Assembly (NCBI RefSeq): GCF_009914755.1
Contig: NC_060925.1
DNA: 64,000 bases
Source: the human T2T-CHM13v2.0 reference genome, Homo sapiens
Strand: one strand, 5' to 3'
Positions 45,697 through 64,000 of the stretch are shown in pieces. The number at the start of each line of letters is the position of its first letter. Position 1 is the first letter of the stretch. A model generated the notes under the pieces. That model was not told the origin of the DNA and did not search any database. It saw only the letters and a program-made list of their open reading frames with translations. Position numbers and translations under genes: made by a program.

Positions 45697-48095
45697 GTCC
45701 CTGGACTACAAAGCACCAGATATTAAGTGGCCTATCTTTCCTTGCTCTCCCTTGGGGTTAAGGGGATAATGACTATCTTGGCAAACCAGCCAGGTAGTTT
45801 AGAACCTCATATTTAGACTCGGCAGGCTGTTTTACTCCAGGAAATTGATAGAGAGAAAGGAACTTGGCCAAGCTATCAAGTGCAGATCTAGAATCCCAAC
45901 CAGGATCTGTCTGCCCCAGAGGTGGTCTCTTCCGTAAGAAGATGGTGCCTTCTATGGGTGTTTCCTGAACGAGGCTGGTGCCAAGCACAGAGAGATGAAT
46001 CAGAGCTGGTTTCTGTGCTCAAGGGACCGTCTTGATCTGGGGGCTCAGAGGTCCACCTCGGTACAGTAGCCATGGGGAAGAGGAGCCCCTAATGGAAGGG
46101 TCAGAAAGGCTTTCTGGAGGAGGTAATCCCTGGGCCCAGTAAGAGTGTAACACCTAGTAATCCCTCAAATTTTGAAATAAACTGAACAGGTGAATGAAGA
46201 AGGAAGAGGATTCCAGGCTGAGAGCACTGGACGTGGCAACTGTTCAGAGGAGAGGCAGTCTTCAAGTTCTACATTCATTCAGAAAAATGTTTTTTGAGCC
46301 TACAATACTGAGCGCAACAAGGCTGTGGAGACCCATGGTGAGGAGCATGGAGTTAACTAAAGGATGTGTCAGGGAAGAAAGACTTCTCAAGGAGGTGCCT
46401 CCATCAGACCCAAAGGACTCATGGGGGCTAGCTGCACCTCACATTTCTTGGACATATACCGTTGGACATGTCTATCTTCTGGAAACTATGGCATGGACAG
46501 TAAGGATTCAGAAGTGCATGAAGGCACCCTGCCTCTGCAGAGCAGAAAGATCATAGACAACATTTATGAATGTGCCCAGTGCTGCCAAGAAGAGAAGCCG
46601 GTCCTCTGCAGGCTCAAGCCTATCTGGGCCTCTGGGGAAGCCCCACAGCCTTGGCTGTGCCTGCCCCTGCCCTCTCACCCCTACCCTGACCTTGTCCTAC
46701 TTCACTGCCTTTGTCTGTGTTACTAGTGGCCCCAGTATACCTGGGATGGACATCCAGGTGCCCTTCATCCAAGCTCCTATGTGAGGGGAATGGACATTAT
46801 TAAAAGAACAGGGGCAGAAGTGGCTCATTTATGACCCATTCACTAGCCCCAGGGATTGAAGTCTTGGGTACTCAAAGTGTCTTTCTACCAGGGCACCAGA
46901 TCCCTTCCATGGAGCAGGTCATCTCGGGTTCACTGGGCCAGGGATGGTCTCTGTTCCCCAGCCCACCTGGCTCACACACAGCCTCATGGGTAGGGTCAGC
47001 AAACCAGATGGCTTGTTGTTGGAATGTAGGATGAGAGGCCTGCTTGGTGACCTAGCATTTTCACCAAGAAGTGGACGTGGAGAGGACCAGAGTGATCAAG
47101 GGTGTATGATGTGCACTACAATGGTGGGCAAAACAGGCTCCTGCTCTTGTGGAGGTCACAATCTAGCGGAGAAAGGATGTTACTAGAAGTACACAAATTG
47201 GGCCCGGCGCGATGGCTCACGCCTGTAATCCCAGCACTTTTGGAGGCCGAGGCAGGCGGATCATTTGAGGTTAGAGATTCGAGACCAGCCGGGCCAACAT
47301 GGTGAAACCCCATCTCTACAAAAAATACAAAAATTAGCCTGGCATATGGCGGGTACCGTAATCCTAGCTACTCGGGAGACTGACGGGAGAATCGCTTGAA
47401 CCCAGGAGGCGGAGGTTGCAGTGAGCTCAGATCTCACCATTGCACTCCAGCCTGGGCGACTGAGCGAGACTATCTCAAAACAATCAAAACAAAAAAGACC
47501 TGTGGACTCTAGTAGATTTTGAATCCTGCCTCTGCCATTTCCTGGCTATGAGGTGTCTTGAGAAATTTACTTGTCACTCTTGCTTCTGATAGTAAAGGGG
47601 ATGGTGCGATAGATTCAAGATGGAGAGATAAGGTTAAGTGTTTTCTTTGGCTGCAACATGGAGATTAGATTAGAGCAAGGATGTAAGGGAGAGGAAGGGA
47701 CATAGCAGTATTTCAGGTGAGAGTCAAGGTGGCTTTGGCTAGGGTGTGAGAGTGGAGGTAGGGAGAAGTAGGAAAGTGATAGTTAACTGGATTTGTTAGG
47801 TGAGGGTGAGGCCAAGGGTGACTTCCAGGTTCCTGACTTGTGTTATAAGTAACACAGAAGAAGAATGGATGAACTTGATTCGTTTTCCATTGATTGTGAT
47901 ATCTATCATACCTGCAAAAAATATTTTGTATATATCCAATTTAATAATAAATGCACTCATGTTAGGAAGGTCAAAAAAAAGGAAAAAAGAAAAATAATAA
48001 AAAATAATAAAAATCCTTAGGATAACTTGAGGCCAGGAGTTTGAGACCAGTGTGACCTTGTCTCTGTAAAAAATAAAATTAAAAGAAAAAGAAGG
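45697..48095 (+). other. KLF17: KLF17 terminal non-coding exon (3'UTR), containing an Alu at ~47201-47495
   Basis: Donor tag|gtcagt right after the stop; strong acceptor cttcttctcctcccaccttccttag|gtcc; AATAAA cluster at 47946-48077. The 3' end is approximate. Confidence 0.7.
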
Positions 48096-48499
48096 GAAAG
48101 TGATCTACTAGTACATTTAAAGCTTTGAATTCCCCATCCTTCTTTGCAGAGGTAACCACTATACTGAATTTTGATTAATCTTGCCTTAGCTATTTATTGT
48201 TTTTACCACATAATGTATCTGTTCTTAAATATAGTGATTGATTTTGTATGGTTTTGAACTTACCTTTATTCTGTTTAGGATTCATCAAACTTTTTCAATC
48301 TAAATGTTTAGTGGTCTTAATAAAATTTGGAAAAATTTTGGGCATTGTTTTGTCAAATTTTGGGGTTCTCCTCCACCTTCTATTTCTGACACAGTCTGCC
48401 TATATGATGGAGCACTTGATATTGTCCCTCAGGTTACTGACACCCTGTTCATTTTTTTCGGTTCTTTTTTTTCTTTTTTTTTTTTTTTTTTGAGACTGA

Positions 48500-48601
<102 letters not shown>

Positions 48602-49426
48602 TAGCTGGGATTACAGCTGTGTGCCACCACACCCAGCTAATTTTGTATTTTTAGTAGAGACTGTTTCTCCATGTTGGTCAGGCTGGTCTCAAACTCCCAA
48701 CCTCAGGTGATCTGCCTGCCTTGGCCTCCCAAAGTGCTGGGACTATAGGTGTGAGCCACCACACCTGGGGGTTTTATATAATGTGAAATCCTTGGTGGAT
48801 TGTTAGAATATATAAGGGTTGTAGTGAAATCTGAAGAAATGTTTGGGGTTTTTGGATGGGTTGGGAATATGTTACTATTTTTCATATTTAGGTTAATGAA
48901 ATAAAAACTTTAGTCTAAAAATTTATGATCTAGCAGATTAGATCTGGATAATGAACAGCTGTATGATCTTTTCTTTTTATAGTTGTTGTACTTCATGTAA
49001 GACTCTAGCGCACTCTCAGATTTCTTTGGTCTCTCACTCCCCCACGCCCACCCTGCTGTGTTGACAATGTAGAGAAGTTTTGTTTGGGGTTGTTATGGAT
49101 TCTTTTTATTGGCCTTAGTAATAACATGGATGAAATCTTAGAGATAATGTGTTGAAAACAAGGGAGTTTCAGAAGAAACTTAGTATAAGTTATATAGCTT
49201 AGTATAATATTTATGAAGCTCAAAACAAAAAAACCCTGCAAATTATCTTTGAATACATGCATTTTTGATAAATGTATCAAGGGATTTATATATACAAAAT
49301 GCAGGGTAGTCATCAATTCTAGAAGATAGACAGAAGGATGGGTAGGGGAGCTCACCAGACTTGGCACATAGCCGGGGCATTGCAGTTTTCTGAAAGGAGC
49401 TATAGTCAAGGACTTGGCATCCCCAC

Positions 49427-49870
49427 TGTAAAGCAAGTTCACTGTGCACTGGTTATCAGCTTGTCTGAGTCCAGTGAGATCCAATGACACCCATACACAC
49501 AACAAGTTAAATAAAATAGGTTTATTACAGGCAGCAAGGGACAACAATCTAGGATTCACTGGGAGTGAGTCCCCCAAGGCTCAGGAAAGCTGCCCAGCGG
49601 GGATGGAGTCTTAACTGCATGTATCCCACTTGTACCACAGCTGAAGGACCCCAGAAAGCAGCCAGTGCACAGTTTTATACCCTGGGTTTATGTGGATGAT
49701 TGAAGGACGATGGTGCTTCCATGCAGAGGCCTCCTTATTTGGGGTCTTGGCTAAGGCTATCTCCCCCATCTGCTCTGCAGCAGTCAGTAAATAAGGCTTG
49801 ATCATTCCTTTCCATCTGGCTCATTGTTCCGATTGGCCATATCAACCCCTGATTGCATGACACTGGGTGA
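49427..49870 (-). mobile_element. ERV solo LTR (MER68/MER77/MER21-like)
   Basis: Minus-strand TATA (gtataaaa, 49680-73), downstream AATAAA (49526-21), CCAAT near 49833, and a ..taca terminus at 49427. Confidence 0.6.
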
Positions 49871-50769
49871 TGAGCTCTTACAGGTGCTCATTTTTTCTAC
49901 TTATAACTTAAATATCTTATTCAATATATTTCATATATAATATTACACAATATCTTTTTTTTTTTTTTGAGACAGGGTCTCGCTATGTCGCCCAGACTGG
50001 AGTGAAGTGGTGTGAATATAGCTCACTGCAACTCCAACTACTGAGCTCAAGTGATCCTCCCAGCTCAGCCTCCCAAGTAGCTGGGACTACAGGCATGCAC
50101 CACCACACCCGGCTAATTTTTGTATTTTTTTTTTGTAGAGACAGAGTTTCGCCACGTTGCCCAGGCTAGTCTAGAACTCCCAGGCTCAAGCAATCTGCCC
50201 ACCTTGGCCTCCCAAAGTGCTAGGATTACAGGCGTGAGCCACCACACCTGCCTGAGGTTGAACCTTTGAATAGGCTAAGTACTCTTCTAAGCAAAGTCCA
50301 TTTAACCTGAGACCACTTTACACTGGACGTGACTGAGCGTCCCCTCCTTTTCACCTCATAGGAATGAAGCTCCAAAGAAACATGGACTCAGCTACAGACA
50401 AAAAATGTTTCATTCTTTACCCTCTGAGCTATACACATATCAATCTCAATCACCTACATAGATACGTTTTAAAAGTACACATACAGGTAAATACAGAGTA
50501 AGATCTAGAAGGATTCACAGCATGCTGATAAAAGCCGTTACCCTGAGAGAGGGGAATGAATGAAGAGGGCTTCTGGTTTCAAGTTGAAAGTCATCCAGTT
50601 TTTACATGAAAATGCATACCTACTTTTTTTGTATATTTTAGAAAACTTATGAATAATATTAAGCACCTACTAGCTACTGGCATAGGGAAATAGGGGAGCT
50701 TGTTCAAGGGAAACAACCTCAATAGGGAGAATCTTTTAGCTGTACACATTTCCACATGGGCTGAAGGGT

Positions 50770-50988
<219 letters not shown>

Positions 50989-51619
50989 TCATACATCAGG
51001 GTGAGGTAGGGCAGGGACATTGAAAGTGAACAAGAAAACGTTTTTGAACAAGTTGGAGTGGGAGAGGGAGAGCCAGAGGAGACGGGAGTGGTGGAGGTGA
51101 GTGAAGGAGGAGGGGAATGAGGGCCGCAAAAGCTGGAGAGACAAGAGGAAAACTGTGAAGAAGGGAAGAAGAGGAAAGGAAGAAGAAAAAAAACAAACAG
51201 GAGGAGAGACAGTTATTGGCAGGCAAGTTAGTGGGGGGAATAAGGAGGATGAGGGAAGTGGGGCCTGGGGGCCCTGTCACTACGAAGTGACGGTCCCAGT
51301 AGAAATAGCATCAAGAACATCTACCTGCAAGAGGCCAAAGAAATCCCTCCACTTATTCCCATCAAACCAGCAGTCAACACCACTAAAGGCTATAGCCAGC
51401 CTGGCTCTGGTCCAGGACTAGAGCCTGTCCCTGGTCCAGGACTAGAGCCTGTCCCTAGGACTGCTTTATCTACCCTTCTGAAGGTGCCAACCTTTTCTAT
51501 TATAGAATTTTTTGAATCCCTGGCTTAAAGGAAGTGGCAGCAATCTCAAATGCTTCCGGGGCTTTGTAAAGGCACAAATCTGTAGCCACTTGCCCCTCAC
51601 CCCTGTTTCTGGGCCCTCA

Positions 51620-54586
<2,967 letters not shown>

Positions 54587-55203
54587 TCATCCCAGCTCAA
54601 ATTCCAATCCCCACATACCCTCCTTCTCCGTCCCTGTTGACCCTATCCTAATCCAGCCCACCATCATCTCTTGCCTAGAAGCCTGTAGTTGCCTTTCAAC
54701 TGACTCTGGAGTTAACTTCATCCAGTGTCCCCTCCACACACAGAGTAACATTTTAAAAGTGCAAACATTTCTCAAGTGCAAACTTTTACTAAGCTACTCC
54801 TATCTACCAATGGAGATGAGAGTCTAGATGGATGTTGTGAATCTCCTATCATCCTCTGAAGAGATCTCACCCCAGAGGCTTTTCCAAAGTCTCCTCTCCA
54901 GACATCTTACCGGAGATTCAGCTGATTAAATTTTCAAATAAATTATCTCATTTCATTTCCACCATGACCCCAGAAAATAAGGGTCATAATTAATCCCATT
55001 TTAAGGAAAATAGAAGTCCAGGGAGGTAAATTGACTTGGCCCAGGTGGAAGACTCTTAATTTGTACTGGACCTATCTGGCTGTGGGTCCTTACAGTCCCC
55101 TAGATAAATGGGATATTTCTCCCAGAGATCTCACTGGGGGCACCCACTGATTCTAGCCTCCTGAGAACCATCCTGGAAACCACCAGCTTCTAGGAACCAT
55201 TCT

Positions 55204-55475
55204 ACTATGGACTGAATGTTTGTGTTTCTCCAAATTTCATATGCTAAAACTGAATTTCCAGTGTGATTGTATTAGAAGGTAGCGCCTTTGGGAGATGATT
55301 AGGTCATGGAGACAGAACCTTCAAGAATGAGATGAGTGTTCTTCTAAGGGGCTGAGGGTCAGAGTTCTTTACTTCTACCAAGTGAGGACACAGCTAAAAG
55401 GTGCCATCTATGAATCAGAAAGTATGCCCTTACCAGACACCGAATCTACCAGCTCCTGGACAGAACAGACTAAGA
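55204..55475 (+). mobile_element. MaLR LTR (MLT1A/MST-like) in KLF18 intron 1
   Basis: tactatggactgaatgtttgtgtttctccaaatttcatatgct..gcctttgggagatgattaggtcatg..aggacacagc..gccatctatgaatcagaaag..cagacaccgaatct. Confidence 0.8.
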
Positions 55476-56479
55476 TACATTCCAAGAAGCAGTTTCTTTG
55501 GAGACAGAGGCGTAACTGTGCATATGGACAAGGTTTATATTTCTGTTCAAAGTGGCCATCCATATGCTTCTAGGCTTCCTTTGTCTCTGGTATCAAGTGT
55601 ATGTATGTATGTATGTATGTACTTATTTATTTATTTATTTATTATTTTCTCTTTTTTCTCTGCCCCATATGATCTGCAAGAAAAGTGTCAAGTTTATAAT
55701 GAGCTCCCCAAAGCCACCATCTGGGTAGCCTCACATCTTTTTCATCCCCTGTGCCTCTTCCCTGCTTTTGTCCTACTCTAGCCAGATCAGTCTACTCAGT
55801 TTTGCCATGTTCCTATCCAATCCATTGCTCAGTCTGCCTTATCCAGCCAAATTATCTTATCTAATACGTTCTCCTTTCCCATCTCTGCCATCAAAGTCTG
55901 GTCCCTCCTGCCTTGTCCTGACTCTCAGAATAGAGAAATACCATAATTCCCCCAGGCTGTATTCAAAATGTGTGACAGGACTGCCATTGAATATGGTGGA
56001 CTGAGGAGACCCTGAAGTCCTTCCCTTCTATACCAAATCATAGAAATGATAGATGGCTTTAAATATATAGAAATATATATATATATATAATATATGTACA
56101 TATATTACATATATTTAAAGAAAAATTTTAAAACCCAAAGAATATACATATATAACATATATCTATTTATGATTGGAAATAAGTGGAATTTCCCAAGAAC
56201 TAGAAGGAGGTACCCTTAAAAGAAGGGAGATAATTGAAGCCACAGTGGAAGCAGAAGCCACTTTCACTTGGAGGTCTGGGCTGATGCCACTTCTTGTGGT
56301 GACACCCTACCAAGAGGAGCTCTCAAAACCTAGGAATTCTTTTTATTTTTATTTTCAGAGATGGATTCTCTCCAAGTTACCCCGGCTGGATTTGAACTAC
56401 TGGGCTCAAGCGATCTTCCTGTCTCAGACTCCCTAGTACGTGGGACTACAGGTGCTTGCCACCACATCCACCTCTAAAT

Positions 56480-58575
<2,096 letters not shown>

Positions 58576-59081
58576 TTCAAAAAAAAAATTCCAAACAGGA
58601 AATCTTTGAAATGATGTCCTCTGAGATTAAAATCAATCTCTAGCTATCACAGCACCTCTAGCTCTAGGTACTCAGAGGCTGTGGGACGAGGTTCCCTTGA
58701 GCCCAGCAGTTTGAAGCCAGCTTGGGCAACATAGCAAGAACCCCCTCCTCTCTAAAAAATAAATACATAAAATTAAACTTTAAAAATCAATCTCTAATAG
58801 CATCTTACTCTTACACTTAGTTTCCCACCATTTCTACTCATGTAAAAGCTTAACTCCTGTCTACCCCCTCTCCCCACCACTGGACTAGAAGCTCCTCTGA
58901 GCAGACAGAACTCTATTTCGTTCTGAGCAAGGCCTGATGGATCCCACTGGGAACCTTAGAAAACAGGAACCCAGTGAGGGACTGATTCCCACTCCACCTG
59001 CTCTAGGTCTGCTTCTGGTCCCTAAAGTTTCTGGCCCTTGGAAAAACAGAAGGATTTCAACCCCAGTTTAAGGAATTATTA

Positions 59082-59465
<384 letters not shown>

Positions 59466-59895
59466 CTATGCCTCCTTCTCTTGATCTCTAATAATTCAAC
59501 CCAACCCACCCAGGCCCCTCTGACTCATGGGCCTAGCGTTCCTTGTATACTTCCATGAGACTTCGACCAGACCACGATCTCGTCCTGGGCTCCTGCCAAC
59601 ATGATAGAAAGACCTTCGGGTGCCATCGAGAGACCCCCAGGATCACAACCACAGCCTTCTCTGCAGGCCCCGCGTCTGTCTGATGAAAGGGTCTGTCTGA
59701 TGAAAGGCATGCCCTGCGGAGGGCAGGCTCGTGGAAGTAAAAATGGTCCTCAATAAATGAACCGTTTCAGACACTTCTCTGTCCTCCCCTATTAGCGGGC
59801 TCCCTTGCTAGGATTCTGGACGCCTACATCTTTGAATTTCTGACCTACCACTCCATGACACCGACCTTCGCCCTTTCATTTGGAGATAGACTTAC

Positions 59896-59910
59896 CAGAA
59901 ATTGATCCAT
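59896..59910 (-). CDS. KLF18: Predicted KLF18 first coding micro-exon (MDQFL)
   Basis: gccatATGGATCAATTTCTG|gtaagt has a consensus donor in phase 0, in frame with the acceptor at 54559. It is the first ATG downstream of the TATA box. Confidence 0.7.
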
Positions 59911-59959
59911 ATGGCAGGCCGGGCACTTTGCTACTTGCAGACGGAGAGGAACACACTCT

Positions 59960-60190
59960 GAAACTTCTGGGCGCCTTCTGGGGCCTGGGCTTTTATACAG
60001 CCTGGCTCGGATGCACCCAGGTCACTGCTTTGCGTCTTTGGTCGGCCACACCCCTCGGGGCGGAGCCCCAGCGACCTACCTACCGCCTGTATAGGCAGAG
60101 TGATTGAGTTACCTACCAGAGGCCTCTGGACATTAATGCAATCACTTCCCCTGTTCTCATTGTGCAGGGAAGCAATTGGCATTAATTAGC
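59960..60190 (-). promoter_or_regulatory. KLF18: Predicted KLF18 promoter: TATA box, KLF and GC boxes, DUX4-type motifs
   Basis: TATAAAA 59997-59991(-); GGCCACACCC 60044-53; GGGGCGGAGC 60057-66; TAACTCAATCA 60111-60101(-); TAATGCAATCA 60134-44(+). CpGs are retained locally. Confidence 0.75.
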
Positions 60191-61061
60191 GAATTTTACC
60201 CTCACCAGTATTAGGAGGTGGATTTTATCATTGTTATCATGTAAAGCGAAAACTGAGACTCAGAGATATTAAGTATTTGCAGGTCACAGAATCAAACACT
60301 GATAGTAGATTTGAACTCAAACGGTTTTGCTCTTATGATCTGAGTCCTTAAACACACTAGAGGCATCAGATTCAATCAGCTGTTCACTTATGCAGACTCC
60401 ACCTCTTTGGCAGCTGTAAACTTAATCAAATTACTTCTACTGTGAAATCCTGATAATTCCATCAGTTTACCCTGGAAACTTAATGGCTTTTTTTTTCTGT
60501 GGTTTTGACTTATTTACTTATTTATTATTTATTTATTTATTTTATCTTGCATAATTATCTTGATAATTCCATCAGGTTACCCTAGAAATGATCGTGGTAC
60601 TTTTTTCTCTTTCTTTCTTCCTTCTTTCCTTTTTTCCTTCCTTCCTTCCTTCCTCTTTCTTTCTTTTTCTTTCTCTCTCTCTTTCTTTTTGGCTGTGGTT
60701 TTTACTTACTATTTTTAATTTTTTTGCCACCTATTTATTTTTGAGACAGCGTCTTACTCTGTTCCTCAAGCTGGAGTGTAGTGGTGCAATCATGGCTCAC
60801 TGTGGCTAATTTTTAAATTCTTTGTAGAGACGGAGTCTCATCATGTTGCCCAGGCTGCTTTCAAACTCCTGGACTCGAGCGGTCCTCCCACCTCAGCCTC
60901 CTAAAGTGCAAAGATTACAGGCATGAGCCACCATGCCCGGCCTTCATTTTGAATGTAAAAAAAAAAAAAACCAGATAATTTCATTTTACATACATAGCAC
61001 GTTCATCCACTCATTGTTGATAAAATTTTAGAAATATTTGCTATACAAATTTAGTATTTGA

Positions 61062-61403
<342 letters not shown>

Positions 61404-62159
61404 TGATTTCTACAGGTACAGAGTTCCCATCCTCACCCTCATTCCTACCAATTCTGAGAAATTTTAAAAACATGGAAAAGTATAAAAAATAAGACTAGAG
61501 ATCCATATACCACAGTACAGAATTAATCAGTATCTTCCTCTATTTACTTGTAGTCTTTTTTTTTTTTTTGACACGGAGTCTCGCTCTGTCGCCCAGGCTG
61601 GAGTGCAGTGGCATGATCTCGGCTCACTACTTGCAGTCTTTTTAAAGAAAAGATGTTTAGATACAAAGCTGAAGTCTCACACTCACTCTCTTCCCTTCTT
61701 CACTCTTTACAGGTGACCACTAGCAAGTATTGGGCTATATTCTTCCAAACCATTTCAGAAACATTTACGTACATACATGTATAGTATGTGTATAGTACTG
61801 AATTTTGTGAGGGAAATTTTAATTCAAATTTACAAAAAGTGGCTGAACATGGTGGCTCATGCCTATTACCTCACCCTTTGAGAGGCTGAGATGGGAGAAT
61901 TGCTTGAGTCCAGGAGTTCCAGACCAGCCTGGGTAATGTAGCAAGACCCCGTCTCTATTTAAAAATAAATTAAAAATTAGGTCGAGTGCAGTGGCTCACG
62001 CCTGTAATCCCAGCCCTTTGGGAGGCCGAGGCGGGTGAATCACTTGAGGCCAGGAGTTGGAGACCAGCCTGGCCAACATGATGAAACACTGTCTGTACCA
62101 AAAAATACACAAAAAATTAGCTGGGCGTGGTGGCACGCACCTGTAGTCCCAGCTACTCA

Positions 62160-62273
<114 letters not shown>

Positions 62274-62864
62274 TTAATTAATTAAACAAATAAATAACAC
62301 AAAACAGCAACACATTTACAGAAAGTCATTGTACTATATGCATCATTCTGCAACTTGATATTACCCCCCTCAACATGATTCTGAGATCTTCCTGTTAATA
62401 CATGTGAATCTCAGGTGTTGCACTTACAGACATATATTATTCCATCATAAGGATTTCTTCTTTTTGATGTTTCCAATTTTTGGCTACTACAAATCAAACC
62501 ATAGTAAATATCCTAGTACATATTTCCTGAGCATACACATTCAAAAGTAGAATTGCTAAGTATTTCTGAAGTTGTTACAAGGAATGTTTCCCTACTCCCA
62601 AAGTCATATAATTTTAATACATAGCTTTTTCAATGCCTGCTTTTCATCTCTGTGGATTTTACTTTTGTGTATGGTTCATGGTCTATTTTTCCCTACTTGG
62701 AGAACAGATTACCTCCAAACCATTTTTAAAAATCGTCCCATATTTCCTCCTATCCTGATTCACTTCTATCGTATTCCAAATTCAAATAATGCATAGGTCT
62801 CTTTCTGAAATCTGTTCTGCTCTGTTCAGTCAACACCACAAGAGTCTTATGTATTTATAGATGA

Positions 62865-63275
<411 letters not shown>

Positions 63276-63349
63276 TGACCTCAGGTGATCTGCCTGCCTC
63301 AGCCTCCCAAAGTGCTGGGATTATAGGCATGAGTCACTGCACCTGGCCA

Positions 63350-64000
63350 GACTCAGGCTTTTTATCATATGAATACCCTTCTCTTCAGAAGGACATTGAA
63401 TTTTCTGATGTCCCACAAGTTACATACATAAAGTATCTGTTAAAATTTACCTTATTTGTGGTGCTTTGCTGCAAAATGATTATTTCTGATGCATTATGAG
63501 GTGTACATTCCTGATAAAAGCACTCCCATTTTCAAGGTTTTTATTAATTTTTTTTGTAGAGGCGGAGTCTCCCTGTGTTACCCAGGCTTGTCTCGAACTC
63601 CTGGGCTCAAGTGATCCTCCTGCCTCAGCCTTTAACGGTGTTGGGATTACAGGCGTGAGCCGTCATGTCCTGCTGGAGTTTTTAAACGAGTATGACTTTT
63701 CTGGAGTCTGATGTGGTGTGACTTCTGGCTGAAAGCTTCCCACATTCACCATACTGATAAAGCTTCCTACCTGTGTGTATTCTTACATACAGAGCAAGAG
63801 TTGAGAATTGGGAGAAAGCTTCCCCACAGCCATGGAAACCATAGGGCTGCTCACCTGCGGGGCTGCTCACACACACAGTAAGCAATGAACTGAGACAAGG
63901 CTTTTCCACAGTGAGTTCATAGGGTTGATCATCTGAAATCTCACATCTACAATAAGTGGTATTTGCTGACAGAAGATGTTTCCACATTCCTTACACTCAT
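63350..64000 (-). pseudogene. Decayed C2H2 zinc-finger (KRAB-ZNF type) pseudogene fragment, Alu monomer inserted at ~63548-63670, runs off the window
   Basis: ECKECGK.., [40 protein letters not shown]; Cys/His ligands lost and frameshifts present. Confidence 0.75.

Noticed and set aside
46194-46784. Overlapping 120-aa ORFs in the KLF17 3'UTR (one Cys-rich)
   Set aside because: No recognisable homology or splice support; lengths are compatible with chance.
59674-59720. CTGATGA..GAAA resembling a hammerhead ribozyme core
   Set aside because: It arises from a 17-bp tandem duplication (gtctgtctgatgaaagg twice), and stem II cannot pair convincingly.

Overview
Human (primate) genomic DNA, Alu/L1-rich, containing the tail-to-tail paralogues KLF17 and KLF18. 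KLF17 is on the + strand: 3 coding exons giving 389 aa, plus a 3'-UTR-only exon. KLF18 is on the - strand: a huge exon carrying a coding 42-bp/14-aa minisatellite, plus a zinc-finger exon. The window also has processed pseudogenes of ATP5MC1, KRT8, SNRPD1 (intact ORF) and 7SL, a decayed C2H2-ZNF relic at the right edge, and many Alu, L1, LTR and DNA-transposon fossils. Four signals stand out. (1) A TATA promoter and 15-nt coding micro-exon (MDQFL) lie about 5.3 kb upstream of the big KLF18 exon, splice in frame to it, and are flanked by KLF/GC boxes and a cluster of DUX4-type TAAYYYAATCA motifs. This suggests a DUX4-KLF17-KLF18 cleavage-stage circuit. (2) The KLF18 repeat has higher-order structure and is probably a coding VNTR. 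(3) An Alu and a full-length SNRPD1 retrocopy sit inside one target-site duplication. (4) An orphan exon ending in ATG could splice in frame to KLF17 exon 2. Gene and repeat-family names come from recognition, not database searches, and repeat boundaries are approximate.
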